Origin: Spirochaetia bacterium
GTDB taxonomy: Bacteria; Spirochaetota; Spirochaetia; WTKD01; G963693115
Direction of reading: 5' to 3'
Length of the DNA: 64,000 bases
Assembly: GCA_965226055.1 (NCBI GenBank)
Contig: CBDDCA010000003.1
Coordinates: 32,001 to 96,000 of the forward strand
This document shows positions 38,888 through 48,791 of this stretch, piece by piece; positions within the stretch are counted from its first letter, which is position 1, and each line of letters starts with the position of its first letter. The notes under the pieces are model-generated. The model had not been told where the DNA came from and did not search any database. It saw nothing but the letters and a program-made list of their open reading frames with translations. The position numbers and the translations under genes were made by a program.

Positions 38888-41545
38888 ATGTCTGTAAATT
38901 ATAATCCAATGCATTCAAGCGATAAAAAATCTCATAAAAAATTGACTCCTATGTTACAGCAATATCATAAAGAAAAAATTCGATATAAAGATCATCTTTT
39001 ATTTTTTCGAGTAGGAGATTTTTTTGAATTATTTTTTGATGATGCAATTAGAGGATCAAAATTACTTGATATTACCCTTACTAAAAGAAATAATGTAGTT
39101 ATGTGTGGGGTTCCTGCACATGCTATTGATGCATACGTAAAACGCTTACTCAAACAAGGAGAAAAGGTAGCACTATGTGATCAAACAAGTCCTGCTCAAA
39201 AAGGAAATCTTGTCAAAAGAGAAGTAGTAGAAAAAATTACTCCAGGGACCATCAGTAATAGTGAATATTTAGAAAAAGCAGAGCATAATTATCTTTTAGC
39301 TATATATCTTGTATCAAACACATATCTTTGTGCTTGGATTGATGTATCTACTGGAGATTTTACTGTAAAGCATATGAGCCAAAGTTATGAGCAACTGTAC
39401 TCTTTAGTAGTACAAATTCAACCAAAAGAAATACTTGTTGCTGAATCTCAATTACAGGATAAAAGTATACTACGATTACAACAGGAACAAAACTCATTGT
39501 GCATTACTTCTGTACAAGATTGGTTTTTTTCTGAAGATGAAGGAGAACGCTATCTACGTGATGCATTAAAACTAGCAACACTGAAATCATTATCTTTTGA
39601 AGGAGAAAATAAGAAGCTATTATTAGTAATTTCTGCTATTATGCAGTATATCCATGTAAACAACAGCTATGTTATGAAAAGAATTCATAGTATCATTATC
39701 CATAATGATCAAGAATATATGCAACTGGATTCTGATGCTATCTATAACCTTGAACTCTTTTATTCAATGAGAGAACGAAAAACAGAGCATTCCCTCTTAC
39801 ATATTTTAGATTCTACTATCACTAAAATAGGGCATCGTTGTTTAGTGCAATGGCTTGCTCATCCATTACTTGATGAAACATATATCAATCATCGTCATAA
39901 CACTATTGCTTTTTTTCTTGAACACTCATCATTGCTTGCACAAATACAACAGAAATTATCCCAAATACATGATATCCCTCGCTTACTTACCCGTATAGCT
40001 ACTTACAAAGCACATGCAAGAAATGTAGCTTCATTATTACACAGTACTAAACATGCTTTAGAAATAGTACAATTATTAAAAGAATATGATTATAAATGGA
40101 TTATTGAACATGATATACATAAGGCCATTGATGAGGAAAAAATAGCACAGTTTATATCATATGTGGATAATTTTCTCAGTGATGATCCTCCGGTACATTT
40201 TGGTACAGAATATATTATTCGTAAAGGTATTGATGCTACTTTAGATGATTTACGTCATACCTATGAAAACGCAACAGATATCTTGAATGAATATGTTATG
40301 AGAGAAAACAGAACTACCTTACAGAATTTACGTTTGAAATTTAATAAGGTAGTAGGGTACTTTTTTGAAATTTCACCGAGCTTAAGAGGAAAGCTCCCAG
40401 ATTATTTCATACTTCGGCAAACACTTACAAATGCAGATAGATATAAAACTATTGAATTATCAGAGCTTGAATCAAGGATATTACAGGCAGAACAGCAGCG
40501 ACTTGAGAGAGAACAACTACTCTTTCGAAAAATGCTTGATGCTATTACGAGAATCATTCCTGATATTCAAAAGCTAGTTGCATATATTGCTGAAATTGAT
40601 GTGTTATGTAATTTTGCATCTAATGCTCGTAATTATCATTATACACGCCCAAAAATGTGTAAAGACAATACATTATACATTAAGCAAGGAAGACATCCTG
40701 TTATTGAGTATTATGCACATACTACTCAGTTTATCCCTAATAATCTTAAATTAGATGAGCAAGCACATACATTTGCTATATTGACTGCCCCTAATATGGC
40801 AGGAAAATCTACTTTTTTACGACAAAATGCACTTATTGTTCTTATGGCACAGATAGGATCATATGTTCCTGCAGAATATGCTGAAATTGGTATCAGAGAT
40901 AAAATCTTTTGTAGGGTAGGAGCGTCAGATAATCTTATTAAAGGAGATTCAACATTTTTATTAGAAATGAGTGAGACAGCCTATATCATTAAAAATGCTA
41001 CATCAAAAAGCTTAGTGATAATGGATGAAATAGGCAGAGGGACAAGCATCAATGATGGAAAAGCACTTGCACAAGCAATAGCTGAATATTTTATCGATAA
41101 AAAAATTTTTACCATATTTGCTACACATTATCACTCTTTAACACAATTAAAGCATACTAACATACAATATCTCACATTGAGCATTAGTATTCATAGTGAA
41201 CAAATAATCTTTACAAGGAAACTGAAAGAAGGTATAGCAAAAAGCTCCTATGGGATAGAAGTTGCTCAGCTTGCTGGAGTTGATACAAATATTATACAAA
41301 GAGCAAAAAAGTTGCTTATGAACAAACAGGATACAAATGAAAATAATACTCAAAGAGAAACAGTACAAGAATCGCAATTATTTCAAACATCTCAACAAAA
41401 TAATCAAATGGAATCGTATCTGAAACAGCTGGATGCATTAAAAGAGATAAACTTGCATGATATCACTCCCTTAGAAGCTATGACTCATTTACAAACTGTT
41501 CTTTCGGTGCTAAACAATACTTCTGAACATACTGTGCAAAATTAA
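38888..41545 (+). CDS. mutS: DNA mismatch repair protein
   Basis: TPMLQQY, GDFFELF, PNMAGKST, STFLLEM, DEIGRGT, FATHYH, SYGIEVA. Confidence 0.97.
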   Translation: MSVNYNPMHSSDKKSHKKLTPMLQQYHKEKIRYKDHLLFFRVGDFFELFFDDAIRGSKLLDITLTKRNNVVMCGVPAHAIDAYVKRLLKQGEKVALCDQTSPAQKGNLVKREVVEKITPGTISNSEYLEKAEHNYLLAIYLVSNTYLCAWIDVSTGDFTVKHMSQSYEQLYSLVVQIQPKEILVAESQLQDKSILRLQQEQNSLCITSVQDWFFSEDEGERYLRDALKLATLKSLSFEGENKKLLLVISAIMQYIHVNNSYVMKRIHSIIIHNDQEYMQLDSDAIYNLELFYSMRERKTEHSLLHILDSTITKIGHRCLVQWLAHPLLDETYINHRHNTIAFFLEHSSLLAQIQQKLSQIHDIPRLLTRIATYKAHARNVASLLHSTKHALEIVQLLKEYDYKWIIEHDIHKAIDEEKIAQFISYVDNFLSDDPPVHFGTEYIIRKGIDATLDDLRHTYENATDILNEYVMRENRTTLQNLRLKFNKVVGYFFEISPSLRGKLPDYFILRQTLTNADRYKTIELSELESRILQAEQQRLEREQLLFRKMLDAITRIIPDIQKLVAYIAEIDVLCNFASNARNYHYTRPKMCKDNTLYIKQGRHPVIEYYAHTTQFIPNNLKLDEQAHTFAILTAPNMAGKSTFLRQNALIVLMAQIGSYVPAEYAEIGIRDKIFCRVGASDNLIKGDSTFLLEMSETAYIIKNATSKSLVIMDEIGRGTSINDGKALAQAIAEYFIDKKIFTIFATHYHSLTQLKHTNIQYLTLSISIHSEQIIFTRKLKEGIAKSSYGIEVAQLAGVDTNIIQRAKKLLMNKQDTNENNTQRETVQESQLFQTSQQNNQMESYLKQLDALKEINLHDITPLEAMTHLQTVLSVLNNTSEHTVQN

Positions 41546-42642
41546 AATAATTGATATGATAGTTGAGATAAATAGCGATCTATATCAAACTTATCAAAGA
41601 AAGGAGAAAAGCTTTTCCCTTCGTGCAATCTCATAACAATTTGAGCAGACATTCTTTGTGAAGGTACCACTTTAATAAAAGGGTACTCCTTTTCAAGATT
41701 AGCTCGTGGAATAGTATCAAGCGTTACTATGTCTTCAAATAAACCTTCTTCATATAATGTTTGAAATCTTTCTAATGCAGGATGTGAAAACACTGGATGT
41801 ATTACCGCAACATGCACTGATTTTACTTTCTTTTTTGCAAGTGATCGTAAAATTGCCTCAACAGATCCTCCTGTATCTATCATGTCATCGACTATCCATA
41901 TTTCTTTTTCACCAAGATCAGTAGAACTTAAAATATTGACTGATTCAATAGTATTTACACGCGTATAATCTCTTTGTTTGTAGCTATTTATAAAATCGGT
42001 ATGAAACGCAAGAGCAAAATCACGTGCCATAGATTCTCCACTTGAATCTACTGAACAAAAAAGCCAGTTATTCTTTACTTCTTCGTCTAACTTTTGTTTT
42101 GTTTTTACATAATTGCTTGCTATAAACTCCATAAGTTGTAATGTGGCAGGTATATCCTCTATTGAGCAAGTAGTAGGATCTACAATCGATTTACTTTTAT
42201 TTGAATGTAATTGATACGTGAGAATATAGTTTACTCCTAAATTGGCAAGAATCTTAAAATGAACCCATAAAGCAACACTGCTTCTTCCCATAGCTCTATC
42301 AGAGCGTGCAGGGGAACAATACGGCTCAAACAAAATAACACGCCCAGGATCACATCTACGAATAGCATCTACTGTATTGTAGAGTTGAATTTTAGCTTTT
42401 GCTGGATCATGATCAATCATGCTCCTCCCAGAATTGGCAAATAAGAATATATCTTTTCCTCGAATAGTTAAGTCAAGGACAGCCTCTATTTCTCCGTCAG
42501 CAAATGTTGTAATGCCAACACTATGCGGTTTATGATTAGAATATCCTCTTGCATAAAACTCTGGAAAAAGACATAATTCTTCAAATACTGCATTAGCGTA
42601 GTTTTCCATAGATTTTGTAGATAAAATTTGAAGTGAATTCAT
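41542..42642 (-). CDS. prs: Ribose-phosphate pyrophosphokinase (divergent)
   Basis: FADGE, IRGKDIF, IVDDMIDTGGS. Real start 42642 or 42651, because the longer ORF overlaps recA. Confidence 0.88.
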   Translation of the reverse strand: MNSLQILSTKSMENYANAVFEELCLFPEFYARGYSNHKPHSVGITTFADGEIEAVLDLTIRGKDIFLFANSGRSMIDHDPAKAKIQLYNTVDAIRRCDPGRVILFEPYCSPARSDRAMGRSSVALWVHFKILANLGVNYILTYQLHSNKSKSIVDPTTCSIEDIPATLQLMEFIASNYVKTKQKLDEEVKNNWLFCSVDSSGESMARDFALAFHTDFINSYKQRDYTRVNTIESVNILSSTDLGEKEIWIVDDMIDTGGSVEAILRSLAKKKVKSVHVAVIHPVFSHPALERFQTLYEEGLFEDIVTLDTIPRANLEKEYPFIKVVPSQRMSAQIVMRLHEGKSFSPFFDKFDIDRYLSQLSYQLF

Positions 42643-42697
42643 GCTAAACATAGTATAATATGTATAAGAAAAAAAATAAATAACTAAGGAAGGGTTT

Positions 42698-44023
42698 ATG
42701 GACAAAAAATTGAAATTGAATGCAAATACGAAAATAGAGGATAGCAATGAACGCAAAAAAGCGTTTGAGGCAGCTCGTCAGATGATAGAAAAGCAATTTG
42801 GGAAAGGAGCTATTATTCAACTTGGTGATTCTAGTGTTTCTCAAGATATTCAATGTATTCCTTCGGGTTCACTTATCCTCGATAGAGTGTTAGGGGTAGG
42901 GGGATACCCTCGAGGCAGAATTATTGAGATATACGGACCTGAATCGTCAGGAAAGACTACATTAGCTTTGCATGCTATTGCAGAAGCACAAAAAGGAGGG
43001 GGAACTGCAGCATTTATTGATGCAGAGCATGCGTTAGATCCAAATTATGCAAAAAATCTCGGTGTTGATATTGATTCACTATGGGTGTCTCAGCCCGATA
43101 ATGGAGAACAAGCCTTAGAGATAGCCGAACAACTGGTACGTTCTGGTGCTACTGATATCATTGTTATTGATTCTGTTGCTGCACTTACGCCAAAGGCAGA
43201 AATAGCAGGACTTATGGGAGATTCCATAGTAGGCGCACAAGCACGCCTTATGAGTCAGGCTTTACGAAAACTTACTGGTATTATAAACAAAAGCTCTTGT
43301 TGTTTAATTTTTATCAATCAAATACGTATGAAAATTGGGGTTATGTTTGGAAGTCCTGAAACTACAAGCGGAGGAAATGCTCTTAAGTTTTATGCCTCTA
43401 TGCGTCTTGACATACGTAGAATTGATAAAATATCCGAAGGAGCAGAAAATTATATAGGAAACAAAGTAAAAGTAAAGGTAGCGAAAAATAAAGTGGCTCC
43501 TCCTTTTAAGGTAGCTACCTTTGCCATTTATTATGGAAAAGGCATGTCTCGTGAAGAAAATATATTAGAGCTTGCCATTGAAATGGACTTTGCTAAAAAA
43601 ACAGGAAGCTGGTACTCTTTAGGAGAGGAAAAGATGGGGCAAGGAAAAGAAAACGCTATTCAGTACTTAAAAGATCATGAAGATATTGCACAAAATTTAG
43701 AAAATAAAATAAAAGAACAATTATTTCCTGCAAAAACAAAAGATACCAGCAGTGCTGATACAGCAGCCAACGAAGATACCAGTAAAGATGAGCAAGAACA
43801 AACACCTACAAAAGCAAAAGATGCCAACAATGTTGATACAGCAGACAATGAGGATACCCAAAAAGATACCAGTAAAGATGAGCAAGAACAAACACCTACA
43901 AAAGCAACGGATGTCAGTAATGTTGATACAGCAGACAATGAGGATGCCAAAAAAGATATCAGTAAAGATGCACAAGAACAAACAAACGAAGTAACTGTTG
44001 ATAATACAGCTGAATCGCAGTAA
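42698..44023 (+). CDS. recA: Recombinase A with ~95-aa acidic repetitive C-terminal tail
   Basis: [43 protein letters not shown]. Confidence 0.99.
   Translation: MDKKLKLNANTKIEDSNERKKAFEAARQMIEKQFGKGAIIQLGDSSVSQDIQCIPSGSLILDRVLGVGGYPRGRIIEIYGPESSGKTTLALHAIAEAQKGGGTAAFIDAEHALDPNYAKNLGVDIDSLWVSQPDNGEQALEIAEQLVRSGATDIIVIDSVAALTPKAEIAGLMGDSIVGAQARLMSQALRKLTGIINKSSCCLIFINQIRMKIGVMFGSPETTSGGNALKFYASMRLDIRRIDKISEGAENYIGNKVKVKVAKNKVAPPFKVATFAIYYGKGMSREENILELAIEMDFAKKTGSWYSLGEEKMGQGKENAIQYLKDHEDIAQNLENKIKEQLFPAKTKDTSSADTAANEDTSKDEQEQTPTKAKDANNVDTADNEDTQKDTSKDEQEQTPTKATDVSNVDTADNEDAKKDISKDAQEQTNEVTVDNTAESQ
43775..43985 (+). repeat. 90-bp tandem repeat (~2.3 copies) in the recA 3' end
   Basis: GATA(C/T)CAGTAAAGATG at 43775, 43865 and 43955. 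Confidence 0.9.
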
Positions 44024-44062
44024 GATACTGAAATGACATCATAGGAAGAAATAATAAGTAAT

Positions 44063-44854
44063 ATGGAACATACACATTTAGAACATACAGATGATCAGAA
44101 ACATATTTCTGATAAAGAGCGTTCGGTACAGAGCCATATACATGTCTCTGTAGAACATTTTGACGGACCTTTAGATATATTGCTTTTATTAGTACAAAAA
44201 AATAAAATTGATATTTATGATATTCCTATAGCTGAAATAACAGAGCAGTATCTTGTTTTTTTACGTGAGTTAGTAGAAAAGGATCTTGAAAATCTCACTG
44301 AATTTTATAAAATGGCAACATTGTTGTTATACATAAAATCTCGTATGTTACTTCCTCTTCAACACGTTGATGATTTAGAAGAAATGGAAGATCCACGCAC
44401 AGAACTTGTAGATAAACTCATAGAATATCAAAAATTTAAGAAACTCTCAGGCTTATTACAAAAACAATTATATGAATCTCCACCATTGCTTTTACGAAAA
44501 GAACCTGATACACTGCCACTTACTGCTCCAACTGAGTTAGAGTGGAAAGAGATGACTCCATTAAGTCTGCTCCAATCTTTCTTAAAGATAGTTGATTCTA
44601 ATAAGGAAGTAGAAAGAATAATAGACTTACATGAAGAAGTAACAATAAAACAAAAAATTACTGTTATATATGAACTTATGGAAAAGCACAAACAATTTAC
44701 TTTTAGTGATATCGTTGGTACAAAAAGTATACTCTCATTAGTATGTAGCTTGCTTGCTGTATTAGAACTGTTAAAACAACAAGTTATACGTGCAATACAA
44801 AAACAATCGTATGGTATTATATACTTACAAAAGAAAGAAACAGTACTACCATAA
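44063..44854 (+). CDS. scpA: Segregation and condensation protein A
   Basis: FDGPLDILL, IDIYDIPIAEITEQY, IKSRMLLP, EDPR. Confidence 0.96.
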   Translation: MEHTHLEHTDDQKHISDKERSVQSHIHVSVEHFDGPLDILLLLVQKNKIDIYDIPIAEITEQYLVFLRELVEKDLENLTEFYKMATLLLYIKSRMLLPLQHVDDLEEMEDPRTELVDKLIEYQKFKKLSGLLQKQLYESPPLLLRKEPDTLPLTAPTELEWKEMTPLSLLQSFLKIVDSNKEVERIIDLHEEVTIKQKITVIYELMEKHKQFTFSDIVGTKSILSLVCSLLAVLELLKQQVIRAIQKQSYGIIYLQKKETVLP

Positions 44855-44880
44855 AAAAACAGAGAAAAAGAGAAAAGAAC

Positions 44881-45477
44881 ATGAATCCTCAAGAACAAAA
44901 GAAGAAAAAAGAAAGAACAACTAAGAAAGGTACTACGGTACTCATAAAAAAGCTGGAAGCTATTTTATTTTTAGAAGGCAAATACAGTCATAAAAAAGAG
45001 CTTGCAGAAAAACTTTCTTGCAGTATAGAAGAGCTTGATCACGCAGTATTGGTACTTACTGATATATACAAAAAAAATGGGCATGCATTTTGTATAGAAC
45101 AGAATAAAAATAGTTTGATGCTCATGATCAATCGTAATGGCATTGAAGATGTTATAGCTCCCTATGAAGGAATAAAAAAAGAAGGGTTGTCGCGTACAGT
45201 ATTAGAAACATTGGCAATTATCGCCTACTCTCAGCCTATTACAAAATCGGAAATAAATTCAATTCGCGGAGTAAACTCTAGTAATGCCATATCATATTTA
45301 TTAGAGAAAAATATCATTGTCGTAGCAGGAAAACGTGCTATTCCAGGACAACCGAACGAGTATATTACTACTCCTGAATTTCTTACTATTTTTAAGCTCA
45401 GCAGTATTACCGAATTGCCTGCGTTAGAAGAAAAAGACAGAGCGTTGTTTGTGAAAACACATACAGAAGGAGAATAA
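44881..45477 (+). CDS. scpB: Segregation and condensation protein B
   Basis: LEAILF, LETLAIIAYSQPIT, IRGVNS. Confidence 0.96.
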   Translation: MNPQEQKKKKERTTKKGTTVLIKKLEAILFLEGKYSHKKELAEKLSCSIEELDHAVLVLTDIYKKNGHAFCIEQNKNSLMLMINRNGIEDVIAPYEGIKKEGLSRTVLETLAIIAYSQPITKSEINSIRGVNSSNAISYLLEKNIIVVAGKRAIPGQPNEYITTPEFLTIFKLSSITELPALEEKDRALFVKTHTEGE

Positions 45478-45489
45478 TGTATATCCTAT

Positions 45490-46242
45490 ATGCATACAAA
45501 TGAAGCAGAAACTACATCTACATATTCTCTGCGTTTAGATAGTTTTCTCTCTAAAGCAGGGCTTTGTTCACGAAGAAAAGCCAAGATATATATTGAACAA
45601 GGCAGTATTACGGTAAACAATACTGTTTGCAACGATGCATCGTATAGGGTATTTCCTCAGAGAGATCGTGTATTGCATAATAAACAAGTATATACGCTTG
45701 CAGAAAAAAAAGTATACTTTGTTTTTCATAAGCCACTAAAAGTAGAATCTACAAATCAAGTCCAGCGAGAACATTCACAGAGAAAGACAAGCCGTTCTTT
45801 TTTGCAGCATATATGCAATGGGCATCTTTTTTCAATAGGAAGGCTTGATTATCTTAGTACAGGATTACTTTTGTTTACCAATGATGGGGAGTTATGCTAT
45901 AAGCTCACACATCCTAAATTTCAGGTAAAAAAAATATATCTTGTAAAAACAGCTACTCCTGTTTCAAAGTCTATTCTTGATACATGGAAACGAGGAATAC
46001 GTATCAACAACATACTCTATACACTGCATTCGTATCATGAGCATCACAATAATACAGTCAAACTTACGTTATGTGAAGGGAAAAAAAGAGAAATACGTCA
46101 AGTGTTAGAGTATTTCTCATTAAAGGTACTGATGTTACATAGAACACAGTTTGCTAATATTACGTTGAATAATCTCGCTGTTGGTGATTATAGAGCCTTG
46201 ACTTCTAAAGAACTACATATGCTAAAAAAAATGGTATCATAG
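45490..46242 (+). CDS. rluB: rRNA pseudouridine synthase (RsuA/RluB family)
   Basis: S4 domain (CSRRKA), GRLD, LTHP, EGKKREIR; follows scpAB. Confidence 0.85.
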   Translation: MHTNEAETTSTYSLRLDSFLSKAGLCSRRKAKIYIEQGSITVNNTVCNDASYRVFPQRDRVLHNKQVYTLAEKKVYFVFHKPLKVESTNQVQREHSQRKTSRSFLQHICNGHLFSIGRLDYLSTGLLLFTNDGELCYKLTHPKFQVKKIYLVKTATPVSKSILDTWKRGIRINNILYTLHSYHEHHNNTVKLTLCEGKKREIRQVLEYFSLKVLMLHRTQFANITLNNLAVGDYRALTSKELHMLKKMVS

Positions 46243-46320
46243 CTTTTTTACACTATACAACATATATCATATCTTGCTATACTGTATGTATAAAATGGAT
46301 ATACAAAATAGGTATACAAA

Positions 46321-48777
46321 ATGGTGAACGATATAGTCATAACTATTGATGGTCCAGCAGGGTCAGGAAAAAGTAGTATTGCTCGGTTATTTGAAGAGCG
46401 TCTTTCATTTAACAGCATTAATTCTGGTGCTTTTTATCGTTGCACTGCGTTCTTATTTTGTCATTTTGTGTCTGATACGGATCTTGATATACTATCTCAA
46501 ACAAAAGATATACAAGTACATCTTTCTCATCTTCATACAATTATCAATATGTATGTTCCCGCTATGCAATGGAAAAATCATACGATGCAATTTTTACATC
46601 CAATACAAATAAAAGAAAAAACATACACATCGGTATCTCATGATGAGCTTTTTTCTCAAAAGATAGATACATACGCATCGTTGCTCTCAACATACACAGC
46701 ACTAAGACAAGCAATCAATACTCACATTCGTTATTATCTCAAAGCTGGAAAATGGATTATTGAAGGACGTGATGCAGGCACACATATTTTTCCTGACACT
46801 AAATGGAAATTTTATCTTGATGCAGATATCAATACACGTATTCAAAGAAGGGTACATCAATATTCTGGTGCAACAAAAACACAAAATAATGACACTGTTG
46901 CTCAAGCATTAGTAAAAAGAGATGCTTTAGATAAAAATAAGGGAGAATATAGCCTAAAAAGTAATAATAGTGAACTTTTTTATATAGATTCAACTGACAA
47001 AACACTTGAACAAATTTATGAAATAATGTATACTAACATAGTATTAAGTATGAGTGAACAAAAAATAAATAATACTACTAACCCTGTCGAAGTTGATGTC
47101 CCTGCCAACTTTGATCAAATGATTGATAATAGCTTTCAACGATTGCATGATGTACAAAATATTCATCATGGAGATATAGTGAATGGTGAAATAATTAAGG
47201 TCACAGATAGTGATGTATTTCTTGATCTTGGCTTAAAAACCGAAGGAAGAATTTCAATTACTGAGTTTGAAAATGCTCATGTTGTCCCTACAGTAGGGGA
47301 TAGCATTCAAGTATTTGTAATGAAGAATAACACTGATAATTTAAATGTTTCTTTTGCAAAGGCACAGGAATTACAGTCCATCAATGAATTACGCGAATCG
47401 TATCAGAATAACAAAATGGTGAAAGCTACAGTGAAGAGTGTTCATGCGCATGGCTTTATTGCTCAGATAGCAAGTTCAGTACAGGCATTTGTTCCAATTT
47501 CACAGATGGATACATTTCATATTTCTGAACAGCATGCACATAAATATGTTAATAATGAATATGAATTTCTTATTCTTGAACTGTATAGAAATAAAAAATT
47601 GCAGCCTATTCTTTCCCGTAAAAAATTGCTTGTAGAAAGATATGAAAATGCAAAGAATGAGTTTATTTCACAGCATAAGGAAGGAGATGTAGTAAAAGGC
47701 ACTGTAAAAACATTTACCTCTTTTGGCGTTTTTATAGACCTAGGAGGGTTTGATGCTTTATTACATATATCTGACATTAGTTGGAAACATAGCGTACGTC
47801 CCACTGAAGCACTTAAAAAGAATGAGGAACATGAGTTTAAGCTGATTTCTATCAATGCTGAAACTAAAAAAATAGGCTTATCATTGAAGGCGTTACAGCC
47901 TGATCCTTGGGATAGTATTCAAACAAACTATCCTGTTGGGACCATAGTTCCAGGAAAAGTTATGAAAGTACTCAGTTATGGAGCTTTTATCTCAATAGAT
48001 CAAGAAATTGAAGGCTTTATTCATATATCCGAAATGTCATGGTTAAAGCACATAAAACATCCTAGCGAATTGTTAAAGCAAGGAAGTATTGTAAAATGTA
48101 AAGTTCTTCATATAGATAATGAAAAGAAACGTATCTCTTTAGGTCTTAAGCAGGCAGAGCGTAATCCATGGGAAACAGTTGATTCTTTGTATCCTGTAGG
48201 GTACAAATTACAGTTGCCTATTAAACGAGTAACGCCACAGGGAATTGTAGTGGAATTTGAAGAAGGGTATAGAGGTGTTATTGACAGTGAAAATATATCA
48301 TGGAGTAAGCAACGACATAATTATAAACAAGGACAAAAAGTTGAATGTATAGTGCTTTCTCATGATAAAGAAAATTGTCATATCAATCTTGGCATTAAGC
48401 AACTAAGTGAAAATCCTTGGGAAAGCGACTTTTTAGGAGTAGGGAGATCTGTAGAAGGAGTTATTTCTTCTGTTACTGATTTTGGGGTATTTGTGCGGTT
48501 TCCTAATGGGGTAGAAGGGCTTATTCCAAAAAATAAAACTTTTGATACGAAGGAGCATAGTTCTTATGAGGATGTAAGGCCAAAGTTTAAGGTAGGAAAG
48601 CCAATTCAAGCAGTGATTGTATCTATTCAAAAAAATGAACAAAGATTATTACTGTCTGTACAAGCATTAAAAGAAATGATAGATCAACAAGAGTTAGAAA
48701 AGCATATGGTAAATGATGTAGAATCAGAACGTGCAATGAGTCTTGGTGATATAATTGTAAGTGATAAAAATAGCTAG
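46321..48777 (+). CDS. rpsA: Cytidylate kinase - ribosomal protein S1 fusion (cmk-rpsA)
   Basis: IDGPAGSGKS and EGRDAG (Cmk), followed in frame by multiple S1 domains (FGVFIDLGG, LLHISDISW). Confidence 0.93.
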   Translation: MVNDIVITIDGPAGSGKSSIARLFEERLSFNSINSGAFYRCTAFLFCHFVSDTDLDILSQTKDIQVHLSHLHTIINMYVPAMQWKNHTMQFLHPIQIKEKTYTSVSHDELFSQKIDTYASLLSTYTALRQAINTHIRYYLKAGKWIIEGRDAGTHIFPDTKWKFYLDADINTRIQRRVHQYSGATKTQNNDTVAQALVKRDALDKNKGEYSLKSNNSELFYIDSTDKTLEQIYEIMYTNIVLSMSEQKINNTTNPVEVDVPANFDQMIDNSFQRLHDVQNIHHGDIVNGEIIKVTDSDVFLDLGLKTEGRISITEFENAHVVPTVGDSIQVFVMKNNTDNLNVSFAKAQELQSINELRESYQNNKMVKATVKSVHAHGFIAQIASSVQAFVPISQMDTFHISEQHAHKYVNNEYEFLILELYRNKKLQPILSRKKLLVERYENAKNEFISQHKEGDVVKGTVKTFTSFGVFIDLGGFDALLHISDISWKHSVRPTEALKKNEEHEFKLISINAETKKIGLSLKALQPDPWDSIQTNYPVGTIVPGKVMKVLSYGAFISIDQEIEGFIHISEMSWLKHIKHPSELLKQGSIVKCKVLHIDNEKKRISLGLKQAERNPWETVDSLYPVGYKLQLPIKRVTPQGIVVEFEEGYRGVIDSENISWSKQRHNYKQGQKVECIVLSHDKENCHINLGIKQLSENPWESDFLGVGRSVEGVISSVTDFGVFVRFPNGVEGLIPKNKTFDTKEHSSYEDVRPKFKVGKPIQAVIVSIQKNEQRLLLSVQALKEMIDQQELEKHMVNDVESERAMSLGDIIVSDKNS

Positions 48778-48791
48778 TTTTTTTTTGTAAT

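Noticed and set aside
43675-43994. Three overlapping alternative-frame ORFs in the recA tail
   Set aside because: By-products of the low-complexity 90-bp repeat.
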